A stretch of 64,000 bases of DNA from an uncultured Candidatus Saccharibacteria bacterium (GCA_964356795.1 CAYHIK010000005.1:10767-74766); one strand, 5' to 3'. Shown: positions 22,110 to 32,945, numbered from the stretch's first letter. Numbers and translations: made by a program. Notes: generated by a model not told the origin, from the letters alone.

Positions 22110-22714
22110 TGGTATACGAAAACATTCCTACAATTCTCAATTCGGTCGTGATGATGTTTTATAACAGCGGCAAGCTTGGCGTTGGCGAATATTCTCTTGC
22201 GCGTATGTGGGATATCTTCCGCACCGATGGCAACGTTTCAAGCGTGACCACAATTCTTTCGCAAATTGCGTTTGTGGTAAGCATTGCGCTCGCGCTGTTT
22301 ATTTTGTATGTACTCGCGCAAAAGCGCGCACTCAAGGCGGGCGCGCCAGCTCCCGTTGTGGCTCCTGTGGCATCGAGTGAGGCAGAGGCTCGCGCGGGGA
22401 TGCTCCGTGGGCGCTGGGGTGAGATTACGAAATTGCTCGATTCTCCTCGAGAGGCAGATTGGAAGGTTGCGGTGCTCGAATCCGACAAACTCATGGATGA
22501 TGCTCTTGCACGCTCTGGATTTTCTGGCGATACGTTTGGCGACCGCTTGAGCAATATTCAACCCGGCACTCTCTTGTCACTTGATGGTATCTGGTGGGCA
22601 CACAAGATACGAAATCGGCTCGCCCATGAGACGGATTACTTCCTTCGATATACTGAGGCCCGCCAGGCGGTGGGATATTTCGAAGCGGCGCTCGCTGAGT
22701 TACAATTGATCTAA
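22109..22714 (+). CDS. Hypothetical membrane protein
   Basis: One TM helix; W..AVLE.DK..D, AHKIRNRLAHE. Confidence 0.8.
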   Translation: MVYENIPTILNSVVMMFYNSGKLGVGEYSLARMWDIFRTDGNVSSVTTILSQIAFVVSIALALFILYVLAQKRALKAGAPAPVVAPVASSEAEARAGMLRGRWGEITKLLDSPREADWKVAVLESDKLMDDALARSGFSGDTFGDRLSNIQPGTLLSLDGIWWAHKIRNRLAHETDYFLRYTEARQAVGYFEAALAELQLI

Positions 22715-24552
22715 TGAGTCGATCGACTTTTTTTGCACATATGAGAGCTCGCGCTGCCTGGGTTGTTGTAGTTGCTTTTTTTGTTATCGCACTTGCGAGC
22801 ACGTCGGCATACGCGGGATATTTTTCGGAACGGATTGTGCGTAACGTGCGCATCGGGTCCGTTGACGTCGGAGGACTCACGCGCGACGCCGCGGTTGAGC
22901 GGTTGCAGATAGCGCTTGATACGTTTCATGTTGAAGATGTGAAGTTGATTATTGAAGGCTCCGAAGAGCTTATTCAGCTTGATGCGATTGGATTTGATTT
23001 AAATCTCGCAGAATCTGTTGAGCGGGCATTTCGCATCGGGCATGAGGATCGCTTGGTAGGGGATGTCTGGCGGCGTGTGAGCGGACTTTGGCGCGAGCAG
23101 TCGGTGGACGCTGCGGTGCGCGTCGATGAATCGGCGCTCCGTGCGAATATCTCCATGGTGGCTGGTGCAACGGATGTGGAGTTGCAAGATATTCGCCTGT
23201 CTGTCAACAAAACATCGGTCGCGCTTCTCGCTGACACGAAGCCGGGTCGCGCTATCAACGAATCGGAAGCTGAGCAGAAGATTCGTACACAAATCTCAAG
23301 CCTTCAGTTGGGGGCTATTGAGCTCTCACTGCACGACGTGGTCCCCAGCACTGATCCTGCAACTGGACAGAGTGCAGTCGCAGCCGCTCAGAAGTTTATA
23401 TCCCGCTCGATATTGTTGCAATACGAAGATCTCCAGTTTTATATTAGTCGAGAGCGTATTGGTTCGTGGACGATTTCGGCATACGAAGGAGCCGCACTTC
23501 AGGCAGGATTAGACCGTGAGAAGATTGCTGCCTATGTCACTACTATAGCGTCTGCAATTAATATTGCCCCCGAGCCGCCGCGCATCACAACGCAGGATGG
23601 GCGAGTGACTGGCTTTGAAATTCCGAAAGTTGGACGGGCGGTCGAAGAGGATGCGCTTGTGCAAATGATTATCGATACGATTACGTCTCGCGCTGGCACG
23701 GATAAGCTCGGTGACACCATTCTCGTTCCTGTGAAGTCAGCGAAGATGGCCGTCATTGGACTCAATGAAACATCCGGTATTGTGGAGCTTATTGGCCGCG
23801 CGACTACGCCATTTACGGGGAGTCCCAAGAATCGGATTAGCAATATCAAAAACGGTGTGAAGTTTTTGTCGGGAGTCGTAGTGCCAGCAGGGGAGGAGTT
23901 CAGCACGCTGGGTTCGCTTGGCACTATAGATAACACCACTGGATATTTGCCCGAGCTCGTCATCAAGGGTGACCGAACCATTCCTGAGTTTGGCGGTGGT
24001 CTTTGCCAGGTTTCAACCACACTGTTCCGCTCGGTTATGGACGCCGGTCTTCCGGTCACCGCGCGCCGGAACCATTCGTATCGTGTTTCGTACTACGAAA
24101 AGGATGGGAATGGAAAAGTTATCGGACCCGGTCTGGATGCAACGATTTATGAACCGGATGTTGATTTTAAATTTCGCAACGATATGGCAACCCCCGTGCT
24201 CATCATTGGATACGTCATTGGAGACAAGATTACGTTTGAGTTGTACGGCACAAAAGATGGGCGCACGAGCTCGATTGTTGGGCCCAAGATGCTTACCGAG
24301 ACATCCCCAGGAGAGCCGGTGTATATCGATGAGCCGACGCTTGCGGTTGGCGTGAAGAAGCAGGTTGAGACTCCGCATCCAGGAGGTTCTGCGATTGCTA
24401 CGTACCACGTGACGTATGCAAATGGGGAAAAGGTGACGACTGAATTTAAGAGCTGGTATCGTCGCTGGCCCGCGAAGTATCTCGTCGGCACCGGTGGCGC
24501 GACTCCTATGCCCGTCTCTCCTCCGATCCCGTCTGTACTCCCGACACCGTAG
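22714..24552 (+). CDS. VanW-family protein with PG-binding/YoaR-like repeats
   Basis: NRISNI, GGGLCQVSTTLFR, R.NHSY, GLDATIY. Confidence 0.9.
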   Translation: MSRSTFFAHMRARAAWVVVVAFFVIALASTSAYAGYFSERIVRNVRIGSVDVGGLTRDAAVERLQIALDTFHVEDVKLIIEGSEELIQLDAIGFDLNLAESVERAFRIGHEDRLVGDVWRRVSGLWREQSVDAAVRVDESALRANISMVAGATDVELQDIRLSVNKTSVALLADTKPGRAINESEAEQKIRTQISSLQLGAIELSLHDVVPSTDPATGQSAVAAAQKFISRSILLQYEDLQFYISRERIGSWTISAYEGAALQAGLDREKIAAYVTTIASAINIAPEPPRITTQDGRVTGFEIPKVGRAVEEDALVQMIIDTITSRAGTDKLGDTILVPVKSAKMAVIGLNETSGIVELIGRATTPFTGSPKNRISNIKNGVKFLSGVVVPAGEEFSTLGSLGTIDNTTGYLPELVIKGDRTIPEFGGGLCQVSTTLFRSVMDAGLPVTARRNHSYRVSYYEKDGNGKVIGPGLDATIYEPDVDFKFRNDMATPVLIIGYVIGDKITFELYGTKDGRTSSIVGPKMLTETSPGEPVYIDEPTLAVGVKKQVETPHPGGSAIATYHVTYANGEKVTTEFKSWYRRWPAKYLVGTGGATPMPVSPPIPSVLPTP

Positions 24553-24639
24553 TTGACTAAAATATTATAGCGTATTATAGTACGAACGTTTATTTTCGTT
24601 TGCTTCGTGTCGGATTCGCACATGAAAAAGGAGGGCGGT

Positions 24640-25443
24640 ATGGGCTGGGTGGTAGCGCTGTTCATTGCGCTTGGGGTGATCTATTGGATCATCGGCGCAG
24701 CTGTAGTCGCCGTATTTTTTGCCGTTGGCACGCCGGCATTCTGGCTGGTGTTTGCGATTGCGGTTGTGGGGGCGTGGTATCTCGTGTCCGCCGAAGAGGA
24801 TGGGGTGTTGGCGGTCCTCCCGATTGCAGCCTTCCTCGCCTTCACTCACTTTATCGCGAAATTCAACCTTGTTGAGTGGGTGAGGTGGAATATCCAGTTT
24901 ATCCTTCAGAACGTGGCGTGGTATCTGCTCGCAGCGTTCTGTTATGCGGTATTCCGTTTCTTGCTGCACCTGCGGACGAAGGCTCGCGAAATCGACAACC
25001 TCGAGAAGACATTCCGCAGAGACCACCCATTCGAGGGGTCGCTTGCACTTGCAGACGATGGTGTGAGGTTTAGATTCGGCGAGGTTCTACACAGTAGCTA
25101 TCACCCAGACATCAAGCCGGGCCGTTCATTCGATCCTTCCAGCGATGGAGTGGTCCCGACCTTCGACCGGAACAAGTACACCATCTTCCGGTGGTTCTGG
25201 TGGTGGCCCCTTTCGTTGCTCGGATGGATCTTCAATGATCTCATCCGCACCATCTGGGATGTCATCAAGCAGGGGCTTCGTGGCGTCATTGACTGGATGT
25301 CGTCCGCCGTGTTTGGGGATAGGGCGAAGTACACTCTCACGGGCGCCCAATATGCTGAAATGTGGAAGCGTAGGCAGGAGGAAGCTTCGCGCCAGCCCGA
25401 CGATTCCGGATACCGCAGGGGCCCGGGCAAGAAGGTTAGTTAG
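24640..25443 (+). CDS. Hypothetical membrane protein
   Basis: TTGACT-N17-TATAGT promoter, AAGGAGG SD, several TM helices, WWWP motif. Confidence 0.75.
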   Translation: MGWVVALFIALGVIYWIIGAAVVAVFFAVGTPAFWLVFAIAVVGAWYLVSAEEDGVLAVLPIAAFLAFTHFIAKFNLVEWVRWNIQFILQNVAWYLLAAFCYAVFRFLLHLRTKAREIDNLEKTFRRDHPFEGSLALADDGVRFRFGEVLHSSYHPDIKPGRSFDPSSDGVVPTFDRNKYTIFRWFWWWPLSLLGWIFNDLIRTIWDVIKQGLRGVIDWMSSAVFGDRAKYTLTGAQYAEMWKRRQEEASRQPDDSGYRRGPGKKVS

Positions 25444-25452
25444 TTCGCGGCT

Positions 25453-25482
25453 GGACGAGGGAGTAATCCCTCGTCCTTTTTT
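25453..25482 (+). terminator. Intrinsic terminator
   Basis: GGACGAGGG-agtaat-CCCTCGTCC-TTTTTT. Confidence 0.8.
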
Positions 25483-25521
25483 CTTGAAAAAATAGCAATA
25501 ATTCGCTAGAGTACAGAGACT

Positions 25522-28500
25522 ATGTTTGATTTCAAGCAGCTCGAAGAGCGTGTTCTCGCGTTTTGGGATGAGAGCGAAATCTTCAAGAAAAGCGTCGAAC
25601 AGCGCCGCGGTAACAAGCCTTTCGTGTTCTTCGAGGGCCCGCCAACGGCCAATGGAAGCCCCGGCATCCACCATTTCGTGGGGCGCATTTTTAAAGACAT
25701 CTTCAACCGATATCAGGCCATGCGCGGACGCTATGTGTTGCGCAAGGGGGGATGGGATACGCATGGTCTACCCGTAGAGCTTGGTGTGGAAAAAGAGCTC
25801 GGATTCAAGAGTAAGAAAGATATCGAGGCCTACGGCATTGCTGCGTACAATGCGAAGTGTCGTGAATCGGTGTGGAAATACAAGTCAGAGTGGGAGCAGT
25901 TCACGCGCCGCATCGGATACTGGGTTGACCTCGATGATCCGTATGTCACGTACGAAAGCGCATACATCGAGTCGCTCTGGAATGTTATTGGAAAAATATG
26001 GGACAAGAATTTGCTCTATCAAGCGCACCGCGTTGTCCCGTTTTGTACGCGTTGTGGAACCCCACTATCAAGCCATGAAGTTGCACAGGGATACAAAACG
26101 GTCACCGACACATCGGTGTTCTTGAAGTTCAAGGTCACGAAGTCCAAACTCAAACTTCCTCCGGAGACATATATCTTAGCTTGGACGACGACGCCGTGGA
26201 CGCTTCCGGGGAACATCGCCCTTGCCGTTGGGAAAAACATCCAGTATGTGCTCGCGCGTCGCAATGGTTCCGATGAGCACTTCATTCTTGCCGCTGACTT
26301 GGCGCAGACGGTGCTCGGCGCGCCTCTGGCGATTGTGCAAGAGTTTTCTGGAGCACAATTAGTGGGTACCGCGTACGAACCGCTCTTCCCAGTGCGTGCG
26401 CTGAAGAAGCCGAAATCGTACAAGGTATACGACGCCGACTTCGTATCGACAACCGACGGCACGGGCGTTGTGCATACGGCAGTTATGTACGGAGAGGATG
26501 ATTATCAGCTTGGCACAAAGCTTGGACTCGCAAAGGTCCATACTGTCGATGAGCAGGGGAAGTTTGTGGGCGTTTCCGGCGAGCTTGATGGGTGCTATGT
26601 GAAGTCGACAAAAACAGAAGAGCTTATTCTTACGTCGCTTGAATCGCGTGGGCTCCTCTTGAAGCGCTTGCCATTTGAGCACGAGTATCCATTTTGCTGG
26701 CGCTGTGAGACTCCGCTTTTGTACTACGCAAAGGATAGCTGGTTTATTCGCATGAGTGATGTGAATAAACAAATGATTGCGAATAACAACACGATTAACT
26801 GGATCCCATCCCACTTGAAAGATGGACGATTTGGGCAGTGGATTAAAGAGGGGAAAGACTGGGCATTCTCGCGAGAGCGATATTGGGCAACGCCACTTCC
26901 GATTTGGCAGGCGCGAGATAAGCATGGCCGAGGAACGGGAAAGTATCTCGTCGCCTCGTCACTTGAAGACCTCGACACCTATCGAGCCGACGCGCCCGCG
27001 ACATTCTGGACGATGCGTCATGGGGAGTCAAAGATTAATGTGGAGCAGGTGCTTGATTCTGGGCAGCAGGCGTCTCCATTGACTGACATTGGGCGCGAGC
27101 AGGCGCTCCGTACCGCGCAAGAATTAAAGAAAAAACTCAAGGCCTCTCGTGGAAAGATTGCAGCAATTATTGCTTCTCCGATTCAGCGCACAAAAGAAAC
27201 CGCAGAAATTGCTGCGCGGGAATTAGGAATCAAGACCGTTATATTCGATGAGCGACTCCGCGAGATTCATCTGGGACCATCGCTGAGCGGATGTCACGAC
27301 TCAACGTATCACGAGCAATACCCAACCTATGAGTCGAAATTCGCGAACCGTCCTCCTGGCGGAGAGTCTGTTGCCGACCTTAAGGCACGCGCGTGGAATT
27401 TCCTCAAAGAGCTGAATACGACCTATGCCGGCAAGCAGGTGCTCGTCGTGAGTCATGAATATTCAATCTGGGCGCTCGCTGATGCCGCCAATGCGTGGAG
27501 CGTGAAGCAGTCAATTGAGGAAAAGACGAAGCGTGGCGATGATTTTATCGGACTTGCGGGCCTTGAAAAGATTGTTGTTCGCAATGTGCCGAGGAATGAC
27601 CGAGGTGAGCTTGATATGCATCGACCCTATGTCGACGATATTATCCTCAAGCATCCGAAGTCGAAGGTTCCACTCTATCGTGTACCCGAGCTTTGCGATG
27701 TGTGGTTTGACTCGGGCGCGATGCCGTATGCTCAGTGGCATTGGCCGTTCGAGAATAATGAGACGTTCAAACAGCAGTTTCCTGCGGACTTTATTGCGGA
27801 AGGAATTGATCAAACACGCGGGTGGTTCTACACGCTTCTCGCTATTTCGACATTGCTCGGAAATCCGGCACCGTTTAAGACTGTGCTCTCATTCGGGCAT
27901 GTGCTCGATGAGAAGGGGCAAAAGATGTCGAAGTCGAAGGGAAATATCGTGAAGCCTGATGAGGTTATCGACGCCGTTGGCGTGGATACTGCGCGTTGGT
28001 ACTTCTATACACTCAATGCTCCGGGCGACTCGAAAAACTACTCCATGAAAGAAGTGCGCGAGCGATTGACGGGCTTTATGATGACGCTTCAGAATTGCAT
28101 TCGATTTTACGAATTGTATCAGGCGGAGCACCATGCCCCGGTGCGCGTTGACGTTCCTGATGCAACGAATCAGCTCGATGTGTGGATGATGTCCCGCCTT
28201 GAGCGTCTTACCGCGCTCGTGTTTGAGCGTCTCGAGCAATTCGACCTTACGGTTGCGTCTCGCGAGATTGAGCGATTTGTGGTGGATGATTTTAGTCAGT
28301 GGTGGCTACGGCGGAGCAGAAAGCGTGATGATGCCCTGCCGTTCATGCGCCACATCCTCCGAAGGCTCTCGCTTCTGTTGGCTCCATTCATCCCATTTAC
28401 TGCTGAAGATCTCTGGGGAAAGTTGCGGGGCAAAAATGATCCTGAATCTGTCCATCTCGCTGACTGGCCGAAAGCCCATACGAGTGCTGTGAACGAGTCT

Positions 28501-28992
28501 CTTGAGACGCAGATGGCGCAGGTTCGCGAATATATTCGTGCCGGACTTGCGATTCGAAAAGACCAGCAAATTAAAGTCCGCCAGCCACTCCAAAAGGTGA
28601 CCGTTCCCGGTACGCAACTGCACGAAGATATGGAGCAGTTGATTCGCGACGAGCTCAATGTGAAAGAAGTCACATATGCCGTGGGTGAGCCCGTGGCGCT
28701 CGATGTTCATATTGGCACCGAGCTTCGTGCGGAAGGGTTCGCGCGCGAAGCTATGCGTACCATTCAAGATATGCGCAAAGAGATTGGATGCCAGGTTTCT
28801 GACAAGGTATATTGCCAATGGCATAGTACCGATGACGAGGTTTCCCGGGCACTACGCTCATACGGGGGCGCAATCGCTGACGACACTGGCCTCACTGAAT
28901 TTGTAGAGCGGCCCGACGACAAAACGCTCACGATTGAGAAGAATTTTGACCTCGCAGCCGGAAAGCCTCTCTGGATTGGTATTCGGAAATAA
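25522..28992 (+). CDS. ileS: Isoleucyl-tRNA synthetase (type 2) with inserted histidine-phosphatase domain
   Basis: EGPPTANG.PGIHH, GWDTHGLPVE, WTTTPWTLP, KMSKS; RHGE insert at about 27001-27560. Confidence 0.96.
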   Translation: MFDFKQLEERVLAFWDESEIFKKSVEQRRGNKPFVFFEGPPTANGSPGIHHFVGRIFKDIFNRYQAMRGRYVLRKGGWDTHGLPVELGVEKELGFKSKKDIEAYGIAAYNAKCRESVWKYKSEWEQFTRRIGYWVDLDDPYVTYESAYIESLWNVIGKIWDKNLLYQAHRVVPFCTRCGTPLSSHEVAQGYKTVTDTSVFLKFKVTKSKLKLPPETYILAWTTTPWTLPGNIALAVGKNIQYVLARRNGSDEHFILAADLAQTVLGAPLAIVQEFSGAQLVGTAYEPLFPVRALKKPKSYKVYDADFVSTTDGTGVVHTAVMYGEDDYQLGTKLGLAKVHTVDEQGKFVGVSGELDGCYVKSTKTEELILTSLESRGLLLKRLPFEHEYPFCWRCETPLLYYAKDSWFIRMSDVNKQMIANNNTINWIPSHLKDGRFGQWIKEGKDWAFSRERYWATPLPIWQARDKHGRGTGKYLVASSLEDLDTYRADAPATFWTMRHGESKINVEQVLDSGQQASPLTDIGREQALRTAQELKKKLKASRGKIAAIIASPIQRTKETAEIAARELGIKTVIFDERLREIHLGPSLSGCHDSTYHEQYPTYESKFANRPPGGESVADLKARAWNFLKELNTTYAGKQVLVVSHEYSIWALADAANAWSVKQSIEEKTKRGDDFIGLAGLEKIVVRNVPRNDRGELDMHRPYVDDIILKHPKSKVPLYRVPELCDVWFDSGAMPYAQWHWPFENNETFKQQFPADFIAEGIDQTRGWFYTLLAISTLLGNPAPFKTVLSFGHVLDEKGQKMSKSKGNIVKPDEVIDAVGVDTARWYFYTLNAPGDSKNYSMKEVRERLTGFMMTLQNCIRFYELYQAEHHAPVRVDVPDATNQLDVWMMSRLERLTALVFERLEQFDLTVASREIERFVVDDFSQWWLRRSRKRDDALPFMRHILRRLSLLLAPFIPFTAEDLWGKLRGKNDPESVHLADWPKAHTSAVNESLETQMAQVREYIRAGLAIRKDQQIKVRQPLQKVTVPGTQLHEDMEQLIRDELNVKEVTYAVGEPVALDVHIGTELRAEGFAREAMRTIQDMRKEIGCQVSDKVYCQWHSTDDEVSRALRSYGGAIADDTGLTEFVERPDDKTLTIEKNFDLAAGKPLWIGIRK

Positions 28993-29003
28993 AAACGCTC
29001 GCC

Positions 29004-29477
29004 TTAATGGCGAGCGGGGCGGACACGAAGGAACGACTGGACCTCCTCGTAGTGTAGCCACGGGATTGGCATATTCGTGCCACGTTCATTGAATACACCA
29101 AAGTGGAGATGGGGATACGTTGCGTACCCCGTCTGTCCTGAGCGTGCGATGATGGTTCCTGCGGATACTCGGGTGTTGTCTGGGAACATACGCGATTGAT
29201 GCGCAAGGTGCGCATAGAAGCTCGTCTGCCCATCATTATGAGCTATGACAATGAAGTTGCTGTGTCGTCCTTGAGGGCCGGGCGTTCTCCAGGTGCGTTG
29301 TACGTCGAATCGCTGGGAAGTGATGACGCCACTCCGCGCTGCGATGATGGGCGTCCATTCCGGCATTGCGAAATCGATGCACCAGCGTGAGTTACGAAGC
29401 GTGCGGTGGTAAGGCGCAGGTCGCCGGGCGACGTGTCCACACCGCGCGAAGGGGAGTCGATACAAGCCAGTAGGCAT
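29004..29477 (-). CDS. M23-family metallopeptidase
   Basis: IDF.MP..TPI.AAR.G, YAHL, SGQTG...PHLHF; start codon uncertain. Confidence 0.85.
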   Translation of the reverse strand: MPTGLYRLPFARCGHVARRPAPYHRTLRNSRWCIDFAMPEWTPIIAARSGVITSQRFDVQRTWRTPGPQGRHSNFIVIAHNDGQTSFYAHLAHQSRMFPDNTRVSAGTIIARSGQTGYATYPHLHFGVFNERGTNMPIPWLHYEEVQSFLRVRPARH

Positions 29478-29533
29478 ACTACACTCCTTCATTCCGTGTC
29501 GGTATACCACATGCATTTGCTATACTCAATGGC

Positions 29534-30265
29534 ATGAGCGATTCACTGCAACACATACAGGAACGATTGCGCGCGCTCGCTCACCCCGAAAAAGCAAAGA
29601 TACTGAGCGGGTTTTTCAAGACTGGCCCGGGGGAGTACGGGGAGGGGGATCGATTTCTTGGCATTACCGTTCCTCAGATTCGGGACCTTGTGAAAAGGTA
29701 TGCCGATATACCGCTCGAATATCTGGCGGTTTTCGTGACGTCGGAATTTCACGAGGAGCGACTGTTTGCGCTTCTCGTTGCCGTGCATCAGTATGAAAAA
29801 GGATCTATTCGCGTACGGAATGCTACCTATCGATGGTACATTAAGCATCTCGCAACGATTAATAATTGGGACCTTATTGATTTGAGTGCTGATAAAATTA
29901 TTGGCAGGCATCTTATGGAGACGCGTGCCAGCGGTGGCGTTCTTGAGCAATTCGCGAAATCAAAAAATCTCTGGCGCCGACGCGTCGCAATCATGGCGAC
30001 GTTTGCATTCATCAAAAAGGGAAGACACGTCCCTACATTTAATATTGCGCGTATGCTGTTGAAGGATTCTGAGGATCTTATTCATAAAGCGGTTGGATGG
30101 ATGCTTCGCGAGGTGGGGAAGCGCATCGGGCAGGACGTGGAAGAAGACTTTCTTCGGGCGCACTACCAGGCAATGCCGCGAACGATGCTGCGCTATGCGA
30201 TTGAGCGGTTTCCTCGGCGTCTGTATCGCGCCTACCTCACGGGCCGAGTGGAGCCATTGACATGA
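29534..30265 (+). CDS. DNA alkylation repair protein (AlkD-like)
   Basis: FFKTGPGEYGEGD, INNWDLID, KAVGWMLRE, MPRTMLRYAIE. Confidence 0.92.
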   Translation: MSDSLQHIQERLRALAHPEKAKILSGFFKTGPGEYGEGDRFLGITVPQIRDLVKRYADIPLEYLAVFVTSEFHEERLFALLVAVHQYEKGSIRVRNATYRWYIKHLATINNWDLIDLSADKIIGRHLMETRASGGVLEQFAKSKNLWRRRVAIMATFAFIKKGRHVPTFNIARMLLKDSEDLIHKAVGWMLREVGKRIGQDVEEDFLRAHYQAMPRTMLRYAIERFPRRLYRAYLTGRVEPLT

Positions 30266-30331
30266 AATGTGGGCGACGTATGATTTTTCAAGCGTGGCAC
30301 ACGTGGTGCTCGCTACTCGCTGGGGGATGAG

Positions 30332-30808
30332 ATGTTCGAAGTTATTTCGGAGAAGCCACCTTCGTTCGTGGCAAGGCACAAGGTCTTGGTGTTTGTGATG
30401 CTTGGCGTCATCGCGGCTATTGCGTACGTTGGCAATCAGTATCGGGTGGCGACGCTGCGGGCCGAGGAGTCTGCTCGCATTGAGCGGCAATGGCTTGTTG
30501 TTACCGAGCAGCGCGTTAGGGGTCTCTCCGGAGAGGTGCGTGGCCTTGCGGTAGAGGTTGATCGGATTGCGAAGGCAAACAGCGAGCCTCTCCGTCCTGG
30601 CGGGCGTGAGGTTCCGCGAGAGAAGTGGACCCAGCTCGGTGAGCTTGGGTACGTCGATGCGGTCTCAGCCCGAGATGCCGCGGCAAAAAAGCTCGACGCA
30701 CTTGTTGACGAGTACAGCGTTCGCCGTGCTGACTATCGTGGGGCATGGCCCGTTGGAGTGAATCCTCCCCCTGAGAAGTTGGGTGGCAGCGGAGTCGACT
30801 ACAAGTAG
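30332..30808 (+). CDS. Hypothetical single-TM coiled-coil protein
   Basis: ORF with a TM helix; hairpin terminator at about 30813-30841. Confidence 0.65.
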   Translation: MFEVISEKPPSFVARHKVLVFVMLGVIAAIAYVGNQYRVATLRAEESARIERQWLVVTEQRVRGLSGEVRGLAVEVDRIAKANSEPLRPGGREVPREKWTQLGELGYVDAVSARDAAAKKLDALVDEYSVRRADYRGAWPVGVNPPPEKLGGSGVDYK

Positions 30809-30871
30809 ACGCAAAACGGAGAGCACCGCTCTCCGTTTTTCTTTTCCCTTATTCAGCGATACACTTAAGCG

Positions 30872-31615
30872 ATGGATCCATCGCTTATATACATTCTCAT
30901 TGCAACAGGAGTTATTGCCCTCGGGCATGCCGCAGGTCTTGTGACGCTCGCGATCAACGAACAACGGCTTCGGAGTTCGCTGTTGTACATGGTTGCGCTC
31001 TCTGCGGGCGCCCTCATGACGACGTCGCTCACGCATCTCTTGCCGGAGGCCGTGGCATTATCAGGCGATGCTATGACGCCATACTATATCGTCCTGGCCT
31101 CATTTGCAGGATTTTTCTTACTGGAGAAGATTATTCATTGGCATCACTGCCACGGCGGATTTTGTGAGACGAATACGCTTGGAGTTATGAATCTTATCGG
31201 GGATGTTATTCATAATATTATTGACGGGTTGATTGTCGCTGCGGCATTTCTTGCTGATGTGAAGCTCGGAGTACTTACCGCAACCGCGGTTGCGATGCAC
31301 GAGATACCTCAGGAGATAGGGGATTTCGGAGTACTTCTGTATTCGGGGTTTGGGAAGTGGCGCGCGCTTGCATCGATGATGTTTGTTTCGCTGGGGGCAA
31401 TTGGCGGTGGCGTGCTTGGCTGGTTTCTTTCATTTCGAGTTGAGCACCTTGTCGCATACCTTCTTCCTGTCGCGGCGGGGGGATTTATATACATAGCAGC
31501 ATCTGACCTTATGCCCGAAATTCGCCATGAGCGATCATTCCTGCGATCTGTTGCCGCGTTTCTTGTATTCTTACTTGGCAGCGGGGTCATCCTTGGCATC
31601 ACGAGCTTTATCTAG
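30872..31615 (+). CDS. ZIP family metal transporter
   Basis: HLLPEA, HWHHCH, HNIIDG, HEIPQEIGDF. Confidence 0.95.
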   Translation: MDPSLIYILIATGVIALGHAAGLVTLAINEQRLRSSLLYMVALSAGALMTTSLTHLLPEAVALSGDAMTPYYIVLASFAGFFLLEKIIHWHHCHGGFCETNTLGVMNLIGDVIHNIIDGLIVAAAFLADVKLGVLTATAVAMHEIPQEIGDFGVLLYSGFGKWRALASMMFVSLGAIGGGVLGWFLSFRVEHLVAYLLPVAAGGFIYIAASDLMPEIRHERSFLRSVAAFLVFLLGSGVILGITSFI

Positions 31616-31618
31616 GGC

Positions 31619-32122
31619 ATGTCGCTTCGATCAATCCTACGTTCATTTCTGAAGCGCCGTCGACGTACTCGGCAGGTTGGTCGACGAGCATATGAGCGTT
31701 TTCGTGAGGATGCGCGAATAGTCATCGGCGCTCGCGTTGCATATTGGCGATCAGTCCAACCGTTTACTATTGGGCGCATTAGTATAAAAAATCACCAAAG
31801 ACTGTGGGGGAGTTGCTCGAGTCGTGGCAATCTTAACTTTAACTGGCGACTTCTTTGTCTTCCACAACATCTTGCCGATTATGTTGTTGTGCATGAGTTG
31901 TGCCATATTCGCGAAATGAATCATTCGCGGCAATTCTGGGCGCATGTAGAATCTCTCTTGCCTGAGTGGCGCACACATCGCGCCGAACTGCGTCGATATG
32001 CTCCCACGTTTTTCAATGCTCACTATTCGGCGTATACTACACAGCAACGGAAGGAATTTCTTCCAGACGTGGTTCCTCAGTCCGTATTAACGCTTCTAAC
32101 CTCAACTACGCATGAAACGTAA
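31619..32122 (+). CDS. YgjP/DUF45-like metal-dependent hydrolase
   Basis: WGSCS, YVVVHELCH..EMNHS..FW. Confidence 0.9.
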   Translation: MSLRSILRSFLKRRRRTRQVGRRAYERFREDARIVIGARVAYWRSVQPFTIGRISIKNHQRLWGSCSSRGNLNFNWRLLCLPQHLADYVVVHELCHIREMNHSRQFWAHVESLLPEWRTHRAELRRYAPTFFNAHYSAYTTQQRKEFLPDVVPQSVLTLLTSTTHET

Positions 32123-32705
32123 TCCATATTCATTGATGTTCCGTGTTGGCGTGATGTGTGCCAGCCTGTTTGTACTATCTCTCCTTATCGTGCTCCCCGT
32201 AAGCGCACGTGAGGTCGAAGAGCGAGCTGAAGCATCGGAAACTCCTGATCAATATAACGAACGGAGTGGCGATGACCTGTGGAGTGATCTCGAGAAGGAG
32301 GATCCAGAGATGAGCCGTGACGATTTGGATGAAGAAGATCTTGAGGAGGAGTCTGAGATTGAGGTTCCTGAAAATATCGAGGACGAGGCAAGCGATCTGA
32401 GCGATGATGACCATCAGATTCGGGGAATTGATATTGCCTCGGGAAGCGCAGACATCCGCGTTCGATATCAACAGCGCGCGCGATTATTTGGCTTTATTCC
32501 GGTGCCGTATTCTTTCGTTGCACGCGTGAACTTAGCGGATGATACCGTAGAGGTGTCGCGACCCTGGTGGCTATTTCTCGCATCTGATGGCGTCGACGAT
32601 ATCGAGGCAGGCCTGCAAGCTCAAAAGGATACACTCACCTCGTCTGATACGGCCTCGGTTGTGTTGAAAAAATTGAGTGCGCTTCTCAAGGCACTCTCGC
32701 AATAA
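32112..32705 (+). CDS. Secreted acidic hypothetical protein
   Basis: Signal peptide, D/E-rich tract, RLFGFIPV, PWWLFLA. Confidence 0.8.
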   Translation: MKRNPYSLMFRVGVMCASLFVLSLLIVLPVSAREVEERAEASETPDQYNERSGDDLWSDLEKEDPEMSRDDLDEEDLEEESEIEVPENIEDEASDLSDDDHQIRGIDIASGSADIRVRYQQRARLFGFIPVPYSFVARVNLADDTVEVSRPWWLFLASDGVDDIEAGLQAQKDTLTSSDTASVVLKKLSALLKALSQ

Positions 32706-32762
32706 CCACTCAGCTGTTGACCTCATAGTTGTGTTCGGTATGCTCTCACTGGGAGTTGTGGT

Positions 32763-32945
32763 ATGGCCGATATCGACCGCGCTGTGCGCGCAGTTCGTAC
32801 ATTGCAGGATCTTAACTCTGCGTTTCCGGAAACCCAAGCCTTCCTTCGGGCGCGTGGACTGAGTAATGTTCGCGAGCTTGATGCGCGCGGGAAGCAAGAG
32901 CTCACCGAGTATCTTGTGAGGGTTCTTCGAAGAATGGCAAACTAG
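32763..32945 (+). CDS. Small hypothetical protein (60 aa)
   Basis: TTGACC-N16-TATGCT promoter, GGGAG SD, terminator at about 32956-32982. Confidence 0.6.
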   Translation: MADIDRAVRAVRTLQDLNSAFPETQAFLRARGLSNVRELDARGKQELTEYLVRVLRRMAN

